From positions 1 through 36,787 of IMG/VR virus record IMGVR_UViG_3300021085_000089: a DNA stretch of 36,787 bases. One strand, 5' to 3'. The stretch comes from a virus. Taxonomy: Duplodnaviria; Caudoviricetes. The position numbers and the translations under genes were made by a program. The notes beneath the pieces are model-generated. The model saw only the letters and a list, made by a program, of their open reading frames with translations, was not told the origin of the DNA and made no database searches. Position 1 is the first letter of the stretch. Each line of letters begins with the position of its first letter. Below, one piece after another: positions 30,601-36,711 of this stretch.

Positions 30601-32712
30601 AGTGATTATAAACCTTTAAGAAAAGTAGGAACAACAAAACAGTTAGAGTTATTGAAAAATATTTTAGATAGATCAATAATACAAGTGCAAAGTAGTTCAG
30701 ACAGCAAGTATTCACTCTATGAGTACAGTAAGGCAACAGATACATTTAAATTGATTGCTATAGAAAATGAGACCGTTGAATGGAACGAACAAGTTTATAA
30801 AGAGCAACAATCTACTATTATTGCAGAAGAAATTAGAAATGTATTATTAGCATTATACGATAATGTATTTATTGGTAGCAATAGAGTATACTGGAATAGA
30901 TTCTTCTTTGATATGGTTAAGTATGCATACTCTGAACAAACAGAATTGAACTGGGCATTTAAAACAACTTATCTAAATATTGTTAAAGAAGAAACAGACT
31001 TAGTTCCGTTAAAAGGATTTAAAGTTGATAACTTTGATAAAGCAATAGATTACTTTAACGAAGTTAAACCTTACAGCAGTAAGATACAAAACTATAGTGA
31101 CATAAAGAAACCTGCAACAGAAATAGTAGGTGGAACAAGCACAGACTTTGATAGACCACCTTACTTTGATGACGTACTTATAGACGTTAGAGTTCTCGAT
31201 GATAATGTAAGTGCTGATGCAAATATATTAGCAACAGATCCAACCTATGCAGGATTTGTAAGCAGTAATGCACCAATTAGAAGTGTTGATACAAAGATAG
31301 TGTTTGATAGAGTTAAAGCCGACTTGTTTGAAAATAGCAGTGGTATGCAAACACAAACATTTGTAGCATCTGCAGACATTGACGCATTGTCACTTAACTT
31401 TGTGCCTTCAGAAGCAGATAGAATTGTAGTTAAAAGAAATGATGAAATTGTTCCAGCAACTTCTACTAATTTAAATACAGGAAACTCCGCAATATCAAAC
31501 TATACATTTGATAGTGCAAACAATGTTATAGTATTAAGTAAAACAGGCAATGCAGAATTCCAAACAGTGAATGCAGGTGATGTTATTGAAGTTAGTGTAA
31601 TTGATGGATTTGATCCAACTAAAGAAACAATAAATGTTAGTATTGCAAAAAATATTGTAAGTATTATGCAAAACAGCAATGCAAATATTAGTAATACACA
31701 ATTAAGTTGGACAGCAAGTGATAGACTGTTTAAGTTTGATCCTGAAATTATTTCAGAGTTTACACATGATATGGAATCAACATTTGGTGAAGGTGTACTT
31801 TCAAATACAACTGTAATGACAAATGTAAACACAATTACTAGTATGATTGACTCCGGTAATTTAGATAACACATTCTCTCTTGTAAAAACTAAGATAGGCG
31901 GTGACTTCCAAGGTAGACAACTAGATGCAAGTGTGTTTACAGATATAGTACCAGGAACACATCCTTCGACTTATTATACAAATACAAGAGGATTTGATTT
32001 TTACTCTTGGGATAGCGAAGTTTGGGATAGAGAAGTAGATGTTGAAAACTTCATAGGTATATTAAATGAAGAAACACAAGGTAATGTAAACTACAGAGTT
32101 GACAACGAAACTGTATATGGCTTTGATGCTGTGACGTTCTTAAAATCAAGACATGGTCCTAATAGACCAGAAGAACTTGCAGTTGTACAACCGTTAGAAA
32201 CATTAGTAATGAATGTACATACATCAAATGCAAACATTGAAACATTACCAGGTATATCAAATTCTAAATCAGTAAGATATAGAATGTTTATGGATTTATT
32301 TGGTAGAACTGATTTTTATAGACAAAGTTTAACAGGACTTACAACAGTTAGTGCAAATGTAAATATTTGGGAAAATGAAATTAGTGTAACAGATGTTTCA
32401 CTATTACCAGATGGCAATGAATCTAACAAAGGTATTATTTGGATAGGTGCTGAAAGAATAGAGTACACAGGTGTTGATACTGCAAATAATAAACTACTAG
32501 GTGTTGTAAGAGGAACAAGAGGAACAACAGCACAACCATTGATAGAAAGTGGAGCACAAATATTTAACGGCGAAGAGTCACAAAATATTGCATTACAAGG
32601 AGCACGTGATCCACAAATAGCAAATTGGTTGGGACAAGATGGTGTAAGTATAACTGATACCACAAGTAGTCCAACAACGGACACAATTATAGGATTTATA
32701 CAAAACGTATAA
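15619..32712 (+). CDS. Giant virion structural protein (5697 aa), probably a baseplate wedge gp7-like scaffold with inserted modules
   Basis: Uninterrupted 17.1-kb ORF right after gp6; contains a degenerate YHYH-like domain, a CBM5/12-like segment, G-x-GY...P-x-V repeats, repeated beta modules and a C-terminal IGAERIEYTG...VVRGTRGT motif. Confidence 0.8.
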   Translation: MADKKYKDLPSNIQTTTVKNFFESTVEQLFSKANVENMSAYIGRKEYDDYTPGEDVYIPQDTPNREKYSLEPVVNSVDQLTGRSSNLMFYDDFLNVLKSYGVDTQNQNNLFNSNFYSLLPPIDEDKFVNFQEYFWSPEGPQAIVVSGTASQPINIIKDIIGKNTFTDPSGYTFKNGAVVEFAGDYVIPQSYKDSRYIVEGVGDKIILHNKEQNFSASFSTPSFAPWDQEIITGESNLVTTDIPQGAVSESIIASHGFLDNNTGLYYYFDAEGEQSTIQVNSLDDTDLNGNPYWQGYVSEADGFLTYINDGLYGFDNEPWDGGNTQETPDYILMQRAALDKNIWSRINFWHHKNNFIDAGSELPGKEFRAKRPILEFNRDIEVYNFGNTGLDFNADLTAAGYTKSEIQGRPISAPIDSQGIKEENIVLIPDDTEENSKYIYIVKASTSKTVVGSVTNSSTFIVNDISDIYQYATITGSGISSSIVVEDIDSDGMITTSSPVTLTDQQTITFGDRVILKRKPADNNPAGAEDGDSNFIPFIPEVGNSISILFGSQNQGTEYYWNGKKWALGQRKTRVNSPILFKGYDSARNVVDDELVYPQSSFKGTKLFSYKDAVANTQNDSVLGFPLEYKNFNNFSEIVFNNNLSSDVISYVSFGGTTNSYINGYLYYKQRLSNGNIEYRTMWRGHNSPFEQVVEDRYEISQAEIDAQTVIYNVSAVPTDSNLIRVYINGKRTKTFTFNSVLTAVQFDNFSFNINDVIDIKTQTNTGHILGENRNGRYEIPLSWDSNTDKVDILEISEPQYIEHFKNLINNQEEIVGEPLGSSNFSNLTKEIQYADKIVQSDDDLQTAAFLVSNDNFNIIDSLRYNADEYIKYKNRLRKEIKRYIDGNDILGLTNSNILELVIQNVIAYNPGKLVFDYSYMLAIGDRYDEETVVINNVNQKEYVLSRYTDLTKIENVVYVYETDSEGKDQMLLIDDDYSINSENSIVTLTFNDTYNLVLGSTVKARFFNTNRESAQCPPTPSAMGLYPVSKPEIFTDNSFNEPITVILGHDGSKHVAVNDKEDEILLEFERRIYNTILQVYRDKEEHPDLNVYDVRPGRFRTTGFSRNNFYNILRESFNKFVTRNEVDFVTNEYYKEDDFWTWNYNSGVPKPAYWRGIFEACYDTERPHTHPWEMLGFTKKPSWWDEQYGTDYGSTNNALWKDLEEGIIRQGTRANVENDRYKTRNNPFRRIGLKLEIPVDAQGNLIPPANIISTTSTTKSISWSQNVTGTPSANANTFVATNGLSISEYNNSGNTFINVTTNNIPGHDTGTFPSTNNTNEIVDSEFNYSFQFATGIATGNLAYYNDYANATSTSNTAIGIAVNGAMITNGNTGITFESTNNWHYNALFRNDVDRDTAGGSPDSNNIYGYVQPSPQTVGLTSWATDSHSPIVGWAFDGLPIYGPYGYTDGANASSAIKRIESSYELRSDVRSDIASGATGLPTGEFVEDFAYNPGSGDLDQFNGRFGVTPEYPAGTYYYVATIDANSDPAYPYAVGGKFVDNPNLANNLTGTKTLNTNGSLTYSLDNSQSTVYSANSTLASSNWKFSDGAPVENAWKISEYYPFAIIELLFLTKPGKFASVFAEPEKLIRVSANTNQLVDKNTFKRYKVKNAIVHGDIKADSKTLCTNTGYTQFIDSYLRFQGLNNTSIFAKPFRSVNGKLGHKFAGFIDKDTMTVFSDTYSTTGNSSSLILPQEDLQIDIHEGPVSTTNNYTGVLIEKVKNNGYKVSGYSSLKRYFDVIPSDKTGRKTEVAVGGDPADFSNYDTSKQYNEGNIIKSGYNYYRAVAVAPAGTAVTNTAVWQRLSSLPQVGGAEATYYLDGTGDVDRVEYGTVYYNVDELFDFLTSLGRYQKSIGYNFGEFNTEINDVNDWLYSGKQFLFWSIGKWSTGNTLNLSPMASKILFASTTGRINRIAESYKGQFSILDQEGKMISPRECEIIREDNIITIAPIDTERQIFGITLHTNELEHSMIVNNKSQFGDTIYDPIFNQRQKRLKIKGKRTANWNGTLSSEGFIITDNGLKPNFDTLASDIGRYNEIGYTPVEKQVYDASRRQYGYQERKYLREFELVDDNQFDFYQGMIRNKGTRDSLEILLNSDKVFIPGNVSIFDQWALKIGDFGDTENKQRLDIKIDEDEIKSEKTLVQIVYPENIVSIVDDVEVLSRNTKFYTKPILEIESPPADIPGSFTYGGGTTAEATVNLSTDGTISNVTVTEKGYGYTINPSVTVVAAQLLTANLTTYFSKPYAISSDYVSGSGTFSNALTGIHITDHFAPSGNANTFIDLSGVTTLTGVANAINSTANISANIVARAVEITTSTATNYLLEIQGNDFELSGQGNSAIVDDITNKFLVEERRYQPRQRYSFETANSTAQSDIIATVDGNITSAGNDWVFDEGSRTTIRPTSRITGGNISFNFVPVSVSDGVSNTNLIDIDNRTVINGIYPHLDVFIDGQKLDDSLETSSIAGYIVSESGANNSITFYDVTKLPGGELNENSVIEVVEYGTLDFEDTYQGDLPGSVLNIKVTANDALAAKLKQIRTFEITPDVKTDSTILIDVDDGTRMIHRPTDMATNDLWPTTSSVSHLGIVDSKYTPLPNAGYISKYNVNYQAMDLTNFEQLFDRTTRKASKIPQANDLIHFAIDEHTDFNAYQLVDTNCNVAYVEPGLESNSIALFTNKSLLQFTDGNRENTANNINKYYDNVVAFKRDKNIYSAYYDNMSYADGEKIFDDTIMDLTTPIGLFLNEEQVVKNSFDVTDITYTRPMVLGIEKIEPNVSGNVLNIQPHALFNEGIVANANIVGNNIVEISIVTTQETADGTVSFSNQFSGLANGLYVNFVDTSGGNLNGNNYEISNLNVTAFTTNGTQSSTANTSVPVISEVSGTVTNSKIVTLLAANTDIRNGMSVLGTGVENNTTVNQISGTTITLSQNANISSGANITFVSQSIIYTTSESSTTTFTIEDATVSSNVSTANLTIGKTDGLIVTTDFDTTTLTRGDDAKIQNAGLFEGVHRINDITVNGVANTIAIPGEYVAPLSVTSTFTGVDTANIQLATANSSITDGMLVTGGDVAANCKVLYIDSGGNIILSSNADSSANSSITFTEDRFGNATLVDNYVTVTFTEDHDLTIDSEGQDTILEHVVNIGYAEPGYYNWAWRAKGVPTANTLLVQGYGYDHPVPITYTTTFTGTGNSIVIASENDFVQKFVSVSGGDVASGTKVVSVDGTTVVLDANADSNANNSITFSANAVSEKQYLEYGNSAQLTVGNPEGNAYLSSTHRGKIFINGMPVATAFPMYSSQEYVDDINYQLQIKQGAVAFCGSIQISIPFVTAALKAAAKAGYSTNPGPGTVNVAGLGQVPTGTLASKVFGKTQTFRNNHHHAGMSLRVQNGGSHGFIDVNPGNNNGVTASGPNAPVPTPAQTPAPVTQSQVRQSTMNIIGPFGPPLEYLGDNPARDLANGHYGPNGDSFTVMNKQQEHKKNAVDPFGMAVAGSWASNVTVNKFGKIQGITYPRTYYNWNPETGQRGLFMWMGTSAVSGWINTWIDPNSVIKQNTGPSFGPQQPANYDTSSGTPPTNTNTGTNTSSTSSGANTPPPTNTVVTTIQSPGTSGTYSSAGTNGTSFADFSPIIDITQNDTPCPPPPKDPPPPKVPPVKMVTQFISYSKGRGVTENTKFKFATDNNNGAGWPIKILFDMFGAKDKMTVYQGTTAGSMGRTLAGTGVAGTLSQLTSTDKTEYNRIKTGSNNNQYSGIQPYTTHGNGFVKENGKLSFTYYPANGQYITIKLEKDGSSSTAYNFAIVYPSDDGQPLQGSATGVGNPSNNANPGVTANGAGPYGNGFIPPGGLNIGGGYGSGFPAGGGQVGPLGGNAFYNYFNNSGISINNILSGGINVGGIGGGTISYNPVYQNNTTYGIPSYNSATPGWSPTLGWVDAQGNAWSGTLITGPQANLSNPNPGNQGQGNTNHIGLTGHTPTGGTTNTSQIPVCTPKPRIKVCGQTKSVGQGDTFYINGTSVTLSGATSIDAIANEIRSQVTTVTVHVTPDGLGDKCLTIRNKTADPMVVRNGCAGGVYKEVLDYTLQKDQQMCFNKEVVQGPTTLTNTASGSGNAAIVGTSVASFTTDTITPEDRLANNDKQSICLTKGSGYAVGDVLRVMGGTPVVGLPESPLQAITVNSGGFGYVKDSIRVIIGQTGEPGTGALVDYTGIEVDGSGAITKIPLASGGDGYSMDNPPTLTIIGTGRNASASGKLKVEHPAVEKPARFIVNDIGPDGEITDIQIITRGIYKIFPSDLDSGVPLEYDIKRPQDNTADSEILGSSGHINNAYGDAANKGAGFGARIFLTAREIPSCSEKGNALTDLGLPGGVIYATTPEQQLADDISLFSELDENGNPLFSADVIYRDADGNIIPSDANLGDDGLGNSGLGRGGAPNGAMIGELVLSSPTLMGIEIDDNLNPGLLDLLGVLPGTYYCGPGVEVTNNDGSGVNPAISVQQTAEGFPFNGAAGRGLRNKPWQNGWNFNMNLGNITQSQDMFKYDITTISGDAIAFTRDDVDRQYVKPLVLESMRHDTDSGLDLANISNAWIDSYGTTGGWAYLESNTVIRQQEKLADIKFVKDVFTYDEDTAQKEFDLNLYDPFKGIIPGFIDKEIIFKSENDPVVYNPAYTKFGKQQVGATWWNTSKVKYEWYEQGTGTYDIYGYNNEERIRNWGRMFPNSEIEIAEWIESLLTPEEYNVQNIGDGIQALLPSDGSAPNFILETRANEKGKLTDYYYFWVNGKTTVDAKAFENYGREKSTQEIVNLLSNPEGQRMPYFAMVSPEAMGVNMLGDLIKTENSILSLNYTRRPENHSQKHTSWQLAGEGDKNSNIPNELSVKLIDSLAGINAMAEEVPAKGLSEAERYGSSYRPRQTMFKYIKEARKQMFNSLNTIFKELKMDSSFDDWRNNLPASLNYLDTVNWFEELRTDKVSNSKIYYNSDYKPLRKVGTTKQLELLKNILDRSIIQVQSSSDSKYSLYEYSKATDTFKLIAIENETVEWNEQVYKEQQSTIIAEEIRNVLLALYDNVFIGSNRVYWNRFFFDMVKYAYSEQTELNWAFKTTYLNIVKEETDLVPLKGFKVDNFDKAIDYFNEVKPYSSKIQNYSDIKKPATEIVGGTSTDFDRPPYFDDVLIDVRVLDDNVSADANILATDPTYAGFVSSNAPIRSVDTKIVFDRVKADLFENSSGMQTQTFVASADIDALSLNFVPSEADRIVVKRNDEIVPATSTNLNTGNSAISNYTFDSANNVIVLSKTGNAEFQTVNAGDVIEVSVIDGFDPTKETINVSIAKNIVSIMQNSNANISNTQLSWTASDRLFKFDPEIISEFTHDMESTFGEGVLSNTTVMTNVNTITSMIDSGNLDNTFSLVKTKIGGDFQGRQLDASVFTDIVPGTHPSTYYTNTRGFDFYSWDSEVWDREVDVENFIGILNEETQGNVNYRVDNETVYGFDAVTFLKSRHGPNRPEELAVVQPLETLVMNVHTSNANIETLPGISNSKSVRYRMFMDLFGRTDFYRQSLTGLTTVSANVNIWENEISVTDVSLLPDGNESNKGIIWIGAERIEYTGVDTANNKLLGVVRGTRGTTAQPLIESGAQIFNGEESQNIALQGARDPQIANWLGQDGVSITDTTSSPTTDTIIGFIQNV

Positions 32713-32744
32713 TTAAAACTATTTTTAACAAAAAGTGATAAATA
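32713..32744 (+). promoter_or_regulatory. Late promoter GATAAATA (32737-32744) with upstream dyad TTAAAAC-TA-TTTTTAA (32713-32728)
   Basis: Third copy of the dyad-N8-GATAAATA architecture; occupies nearly the whole intergenic gap. Confidence 0.8.
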
Positions 32745-32749
32745 ACAGC

Positions 32750-33367
32750 ATGAGCGATTTAAGTAAAAATAAGAAAGAAACTCAAAAACCTGCAGATGAT
32801 CAAATGGGCATTAAAGTATCAGGGCATATTTTAATACGTGATAAAGAATCAGGCGAAGAATTAGTAAACAAAAGGAATGCTATTCACTACGGTAATATGG
32901 CAAACTTTATTGCTAAAGCATTAAATGACAAATTAGGTGATAGTTATATTCACTTTATGGCATTTGGTAATGGCGCAACTAGTGTTGATTCAGCAGGTAA
33001 AGTAATTTACAAGTCGCCAAGAGTTAGCGAAAGTTACGAATCAAGTGGTTCTCTATATAGTAGAACATATCAAAAAGTTATTAGTAACAGCACAGAAACA
33101 GATAAGATTGAAGTTATCCCTGGTGCTAGTTACACAGACTTAAAGATTACTTGTACACTAGGTTATAACGAACCAAGTGATGCTGATGCATTTGATACAA
33201 GTACCACAAATGACGGTTTGTACGTTTTCGATGAATTGGGATTATTATCCTTTGCGAATGACATAAATGACAGTATTATGCTTACGCATGTGGTGTTCCA
33301 CCCAGTTCAAAAAAGTAAAAATAGAGAAATAGAAATTGTTTATACTGTCAGGATACAATTAAATTAG
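32750..33367 (+). CDS. Virion structural protein (baseplate/tail-collar fibre attachment-like), about 205 aa; likely start ATG 32750
   Basis: GHILIRD, MAFGNG, FDELGL and HPVQKSKNREIEIVYTVRIQ resemble collar/fibre-attachment domains; lies between the giant wedge protein and the fibre. Confidence 0.6.
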   Translation: MSDLSKNKKETQKPADDQMGIKVSGHILIRDKESGEELVNKRNAIHYGNMANFIAKALNDKLGDSYIHFMAFGNGATSVDSAGKVIYKSPRVSESYESSGSLYSRTYQKVISNSTETDKIEVIPGASYTDLKITCTLGYNEPSDADAFDTSTTNDGLYVFDELGLLSFANDINDSIMLTHVVFHPVQKSKNREIEIVYTVRIQLN

Positions 33368-33379
33368 AGGATATGGTAA

Positions 33380-35587
33380 ATGACTTATTCAGTTAAAACA
33401 ACTGACCTAAATACAACTATTACAGTTGCTACCGGTGAAGTAAACACTAAGTATGGTGTTGCACTTGTTGGTAGAAACGTTTCAGGGTATGGACAGTTTT
33501 TCGTAGAAAATATATTATGGATGTTGGAGAACTTTGCAAGTTCTACATCTCCAGTAGCAAGGGGTAAAACCGCATTAGAAGGACAACTTTGGTATAGTAC
33601 AGGTGACAATACCATGAGAGTGTATAAAGATGAAGACGGTACTTTTGTTTGGGCAAGGCTAACTCCTCTAATTAGTTCTTCTCAACCATCAACCGATGTT
33701 GCATCTGCAACTCAATACTTTAACACAACTGATAATAAGATGAGAGTATTTGATGGCTCTAACTGGAAAGAAACATCTTATCCAGGAACAGTATCTAGTA
33801 AGTATTCAGCATCTAAAGGTGGTTCGAATTATGGTACTAGAACAAGAACAGTTTATTTAGAAGATAACTTAGGTGTTAAACGTGCTGTATTGGCATTCGT
33901 GTATGTAAACGATGGTACTGATACAGGTTATACAGAAAACGAAACTATAATGGCTGTATTCAGTGATTACTCATTTACATTAAGTAATACATCACTACAA
34001 AATACAGACATTGATGGTGTTAGCACTAGAGACTTAACAGCAGAATTTAATGATAGTGATGGTATTGGTTTAACAATCAGAAAAGGTCTTAACTTTAGAC
34101 AAGCATATTCCGAAACAGCAGTACCATTAGCAAACGTGGCATACTGGGCAGATACAGCCAACTCTCTTTTAATTGGTGGTTCAAATGTAACAGCCGCAAA
34201 CGTATACCACACAGGAAGTACAAATATTATACCAAGTTCAACAGATGATGTTGACTTAGGTAATACTTCAAACAGATTTAATAACTTATATCTAGGTAGT
34301 GACATTGTTTTTGGTGATCCAACATCAACATCTAACATTGTTCATAGTGTTTTACCAGTTGATGGTAACTCACACTTAACACTAGGTTCTAATGCTTTAC
34401 CAGTATCAACATTGTATGTTGAAGATATTGTCTTACCGGTTGGTGGTAATATCCAAGGTTTAAGTGTAGAAAGTTTTGGTACATCTACTAACCCAGTAAA
34501 TGACGTATTCAGTTCAAATGTTATCATTGATAATGGTAATAACAAACGAATTGATTCAACTGGTATGCGTGGACTTGATATCAAAGACACTAGTGGTATA
34601 GTAATATTTGATGCAAGTACAGGTACATTACAAAATATTGCACTTGCAAATGCAATCACAGATGGTGATGGTATTGATACATTTACTTATGATGGGTCAG
34701 CACCTAAAACGGTTGCAGTTGACAGTACAGTGGTTAGAACAAGTGGTACACAAACTATTGCAGGTTCTAAAACGTTTAGTGCTGAAACAACACATAACAG
34801 TGGTTTAACTGATGGCACAATGACTATCAACGGTGGTAGTATTACTGGTGGTGTTGGTGCATCATTTAGCGGTACTGTTAGTGGTGCAACTGGAACATTT
34901 AGTGGAACACTAACTGGCGGTACAGTTACAGATGGTTCATTTACAACAACAGGTGGAGTTGTAACAGCAGGTAATATAAGTTCAATTTCAAACAACAATT
35001 ACAACATTGGTGCAAGTGGTAACAGATGGAATACTGTTTATGCATCAACAGTGAATACAGGTAGTGTAACAGCAAGTGGAGAGATAAACGGTGCTTCGTT
35101 TGATACAATATTACCAACAACAAATAATAATTTAAACATAGGCGCAAGTGGTACCAAATGGAATACCATTTACGCAACAACTTTTAATGGTACAGCAACA
35201 CAGGCTCAATATGCTGACTTGGCTGAGATATATTCCTCAGACTCAGAATATGAAGCAGGCACAATCGTTAAGATTGGTGGAGATGCAGAGGTAACCCAAA
35301 CCACAACACATGCAGATAGAGATGTGTTTGGTGTAGTATCTACTGCTCCTGCTTACTTAATGAACAGCGAAGCAGAAGGTGTACCAGTAGCATTAGCAGG
35401 AAGATGTCCTGTTAAAGTAATTGGAAAAGTAAAGAAAGGTGAGAGACTTATTTCAAGTGATGAGCCTGGATATGCTTGGGCATTAGGCTCAGATAATTAT
35501 GATGCTAGATCTATTATTGGCAGAAGTCTTGAAGATAAAGAAGACGGCGGTATGGGTACCGTTGAAGCAGTAATAGGAATTAAATAG
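33380..35587 (+). CDS. Tail fibre/spike with C-terminal intramolecular chaperone (Peptidase_G2-like)
   Basis: N-terminal LENFA...P...EGQLWY anchor, Gly/Thr/Ser beta repeats, xLGxxxxRW/F repeats, then YADLAE...GVVSTAPAYLMN...VALAGRCPVKV; RBS GAGGA. Confidence 0.8.
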   Translation: MTYSVKTTDLNTTITVATGEVNTKYGVALVGRNVSGYGQFFVENILWMLENFASSTSPVARGKTALEGQLWYSTGDNTMRVYKDEDGTFVWARLTPLISSSQPSTDVASATQYFNTTDNKMRVFDGSNWKETSYPGTVSSKYSASKGGSNYGTRTRTVYLEDNLGVKRAVLAFVYVNDGTDTGYTENETIMAVFSDYSFTLSNTSLQNTDIDGVSTRDLTAEFNDSDGIGLTIRKGLNFRQAYSETAVPLANVAYWADTANSLLIGGSNVTAANVYHTGSTNIIPSSTDDVDLGNTSNRFNNLYLGSDIVFGDPTSTSNIVHSVLPVDGNSHLTLGSNALPVSTLYVEDIVLPVGGNIQGLSVESFGTSTNPVNDVFSSNVIIDNGNNKRIDSTGMRGLDIKDTSGIVIFDASTGTLQNIALANAITDGDGIDTFTYDGSAPKTVAVDSTVVRTSGTQTIAGSKTFSAETTHNSGLTDGTMTINGGSITGGVGASFSGTVSGATGTFSGTLTGGTVTDGSFTTTGGVVTAGNISSISNNNYNIGASGNRWNTVYASTVNTGSVTASGEINGASFDTILPTTNNNLNIGASGTKWNTIYATTFNGTATQAQYADLAEIYSSDSEYEAGTIVKIGGDAEVTQTTTHADRDVFGVVSTAPAYLMNSEAEGVPVALAGRCPVKVIGKVKKGERLISSDEPGYAWALGSDNYDARSIIGRSLEDKEDGGMGTVEAVIGIK

Positions 35588-35594
35588 ATAAATA
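35587..35594 (+). promoter_or_regulatory. Late promoter GATAAATA without a clear upstream dyad
   Basis: Exact GATAAATA in the 30-nt gap before RBS AGGAG and ORF 35618. Confidence 0.7.
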
Positions 35595-35617
35595 TAAGTA
35601 ACAAGTAGGAGAAGATT

Positions 35618-36664
35618 ATGCCAAGCGGAAGTACATTATCAGTAACAGGCGGATATACAATGACACAGGTCGTTGCCGGAGATGTTATAGGTAACGCAGA
35701 CTATGATAACATGAAAAACAATGTTTATCGTCAATTAGGCACACCAGCAGATCACACAATAGGTACATATAGTGCCGGTAGTATATATGGCTACAACCAA
35801 TCTACAGGTAGTTTAGATGCCGCAACAGGCGAAACTATCAATGCATCAAGTACTGATAACGGTTACAAAAATTTACAGGACGAGGTCCAGGCTTTAGCAA
35901 CATTCTTAGGCCATTCGTTAAACAGTTCAAGTAGTTCAGATGAAGTTTCAGGTGGTTCTATAACAGCAACTGACTGGAGTAACTTAATGGATGACGTTAA
36001 AGATGTTTTTGATGCTAGATTAAGTGTTCCAGGTGGAAGTTTAACAACAGATGCCGCAGATTCAAGTTCAAGAACAACTAGTTGGGGTAGTTCAGGTACT
36101 CCTGCAATAGATCATATATTTACAATGACATTCAGTAGTGAAGCACATTGTAGAGCATTCTTTAATGCAGGTGGAGAAGTATTATTCACAGGTGCAAGAA
36201 GTGGTGGTACATCAGGGTCAGCGTCAGGAACAATTGGTTCCCAGAACTCAAACTGGACATCACTATTAAGTGCAATGGGAACATTGACATTTAATATGAA
36301 TAACTTAACAAGTTCAGGTTCAACAGGAACAAGTGCAGGTAAAGGTTTTTATGAACTGTCTACAAGTTATCAACAACTATATATTAAATATGGTTCAGGT
36401 TCATATGCAAGTAACTACTATAGAATAGAAGGGAAAGTAAATTCAACAACTAACCCAACTGTTTTAACATTTAACGTTACAATGAGAGACGATCACGCAT
36501 TAGGTGATGGTATTGGACCAGATGGAATTGATGGTAACAGTGACGATAGTCAAGGTTATGTAGATGCTGTAGACGGTACAACTAGTAGCACAATTCAAAC
36601 AAAACGTGCTAACAATGGTGTTGTATTAAGTGCTCCAACTACAGCAACCACAAGCGAACTATAA
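35618..36664 (+). CDS. Ser/Thr/Gly-rich virion structural protein (348 aa)
   Basis: Late promoter and RBS AGGAG; fibre-like composition; FSSEAHCRAFFNAGG block; located in the tail module. Confidence 0.65.
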   Translation: MPSGSTLSVTGGYTMTQVVAGDVIGNADYDNMKNNVYRQLGTPADHTIGTYSAGSIYGYNQSTGSLDAATGETINASSTDNGYKNLQDEVQALATFLGHSLNSSSSSDEVSGGSITATDWSNLMDDVKDVFDARLSVPGGSLTTDAADSSSRTTSWGSSGTPAIDHIFTMTFSSEAHCRAFFNAGGEVLFTGARSGGTSGSASGTIGSQNSNWTSLLSAMGTLTFNMNNLTSSGSTGTSAGKGFYELSTSYQQLYIKYGSGSYASNYYRIEGKVNSTTNPTVLTFNVTMRDDHALGDGIGPDGIDGNSDDSQGYVDAVDGTTSSTIQTKRANNGVVLSAPTTATTSEL

Positions 36665-36679
36665 TAATAAACAAATTTT

Positions 36680-36711
36680 AAAAGCCATTCTTTATAGAGT
36701 GGCTTTTTTTT
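36680..36711 (+). terminator. Rho-independent terminator
   Basis: AGCCATTCT (36683-36691), TTAT loop, AGAGTGGCT (36696-36704), followed by a T run. Confidence 0.9.

Noticed and set aside
15619-32712. Intein or stop-codon recoding as the reason for the giant ORF
   Set aside because: No intein N-terminal C/S block with HN-C/S/T end or LAGLIDADG motif was seen; the ORF is open in code 11 and neighbouring genes end normally at TAA or TAG.
704-35180. The many 60-150-aa ORFs in the track overlapping the long genes (e.g. 907-1116, 13429-13878, 31500-31871, 33967-34338)
   Set aside because: They lie antisense or out of frame within well-supported genes, lack RBS and motifs, and are expected shadows of codon bias.
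35000-35180. Diversity-generating retroelement TR/VR pair in the fibre gene
   Set aside because: The two ~42-nt copies differ at T/C, T/A, G/A and A/C positions, not adenine-specifically; both are in-frame coding, and no reverse transcriptase is in the window.
35562-35578. Fourth copy of the upstream dyad before the 35587 late box
   Set aside because: Only TTGAAGC (5/7) at an offset of 25 rather than 24, inside coding sequence, with no convincing right half-site.
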